A DNA stretch of 64,000 nt from Bilabrum cf. latius (taxonomy: Eukaryota). The position numbers and the translations under genes were made by a program. This document shows, piece after piece, positions 63,112-64,000 of the stretch. Position 1 is the stretch's first letter; each line of letters opens with the position of its first letter. A model generated the notes under the pieces. That model was given only the letters and a program-made list of their open reading frames with translations. It was not told the origin of the DNA and searched no databases. The stretch is taken from positions 1,054,001 through 1,118,000 of the forward strand of contig OZ237750.1 in assembly GCA_965178125.1 (NCBI GenBank). Reading direction: 5' to 3'.

Positions 63112-63570
63112 TCACTGCAGCAATGGCAAAAGGGCGAGTCGCTCACGTGGGGCTACTGAAGCAGGCAAGGATAGTGGCCAAGGCAACATGCGGTGCATGG
63201 TCTCACAACGGTACGACAGTTCTCGACGGGATACCATGTTAACTTCATCCGCTGAAAAGGGATTGTACTCGAAATAGGAGTACGAATGTTCTCCAGGGTG
63301 CCACGAAGTGTCCCTGCGTACAAGTTCAAAGTTCACTCGCGTGACAGCCATCTCTGCCACCTTGCAGGCGACTGCGACCCTCAAGGCTGGCCAGACCCGA
63401 ACTCGGTGCTTCATGAACACCCCCAAACCAATCGCAAAACCAGCTACGGATCCAATCAAATGCCTGTGCGTTACGATGCGCCATTTCCGGGAGTCTGCCT
63501 CGCTCGCATCGATAAGCTCGTCTCTGCGCGCATCGTGGAGCACCCTTTGTAACGTTACCTCGTCTGCCAT
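63112..63570 (-). CDS. Hypothetical small membrane protein (exon structure uncertain)
   Basis: ATG-initiated ORF with hydrophobic LIGSVAGFAIGLGVF; possible GTACGC donor near 63321. Confidence 0.4.
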   Translation of the reverse strand: MADEVTLQRVLHDARRDELIDASEADSRKWRIVTHRHLIGSVAGFAIGLGVFMKHRVRVWPALRVAVACKVAEMAVTRVNFELVRRDTSWHPGEHSYSYFEYNPFSADEVNMVSRRELSYRCETMHRMLPWPLSLPASVAPRERLALLPLLQ

Positions 63571-63729
63571 GGCAGAATTAGTTTACGTTCATTCTGCGGC
63601 CAATTTTGTTCGTTCACCTTTTGCTTGGGCCCACTGTGAGGGGATTGGGGTAGCTGTCATCACACGCCATTTTCAGTGGATCACAAGCCTTCTTTCTATT
63701 TGCTGCCCCAGGAAGCCCCAAAGCGACTC

Positions 63730-64000
63730 ATGGCATATCCGAACCAAGTGAGTCTATGAGAATGCCACCTGCGACCGGATCCGGATGATCTAGTCACCCA
63801 AGCGTTTGGTCACCAGAGTTCTTTGATGAGTGCATTCGCAGCAATTTCGGGGCCGGCCGCCGCACCAGTAGTTCCACGGGGTTCCAACTAATGGACAATA
63901 CCCCGGCTACGCTACTGGACCAGGGGGGATGCCTGTAAATCAGGGCCAGTGGCAGCCAAACCCAACGGGCGCAGCATACCCTCCCTAGGCTGGAGCTTTC
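63730..64000 (+). CDS. 5' end of a Pro/Gln/Gly/Tyr-rich protein; intron 63748-63841
   Basis: MAYPNQ|QFRGRPPHQ*FHGVPTNGQYPGY...AAYPP*AGAF; GTGAGT donor and CGCAG acceptor in phase. Confidence 0.6.

Noticed and set aside
1-64000. Mass pseudogenisation, RIP-like C-to-T mutation or sequencing error as the cause of internal stops
   Set aside because: Interruptions are only TAG, with no frameshifts and intact motifs in essential genes. C-to-T damage would also create TAA from CAA and TGA from CGA.

Overview
GC-rich, gene-dense eukaryotic nuclear DNA from a flagellated protist: about 24 genes, short intergenic spacers, few short GT-AG introns. The style resembles a bicosoecid or other heterotrophic stramenopile, but that is inference only. 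The main result is a non-standard nuclear genetic code. In-frame TAG interrupts most genes, including at conserved Gln positions (ISCA2 GGCSGF*Y, HSCB YR*R*KMVHPD, erlin I*VT, AFG1 DKS*), while every gene traced to its end stops at TGA or TAA. No in-frame TAA was found in the exons traced. So UAG most likely encodes Gln while UAA remains a stop, a rare decoupling. Re-reading with TAG=Gln joins the fragmented ORF track into complete genes. These include CFAP57, a 1691-aa hybrid histidine kinase, a ~1950-aa secreted acidic repeat protein and a ~3970-aa membrane protein with two degenerate cyclase-like domains plus an AGC-type kinase split by a ~670-aa insert. Also present are GH27 alpha-galactosidase, two bacterial-style secreted glycan enzymes, sterol methyltransferase, fucose mutarotase, LRRC45-like, NCBP3-like, SR-protein and mitochondrial housekeeping genes. 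No tRNA, rRNA, CRISPR or mobile element was recognised. All gene models were traced by hand.
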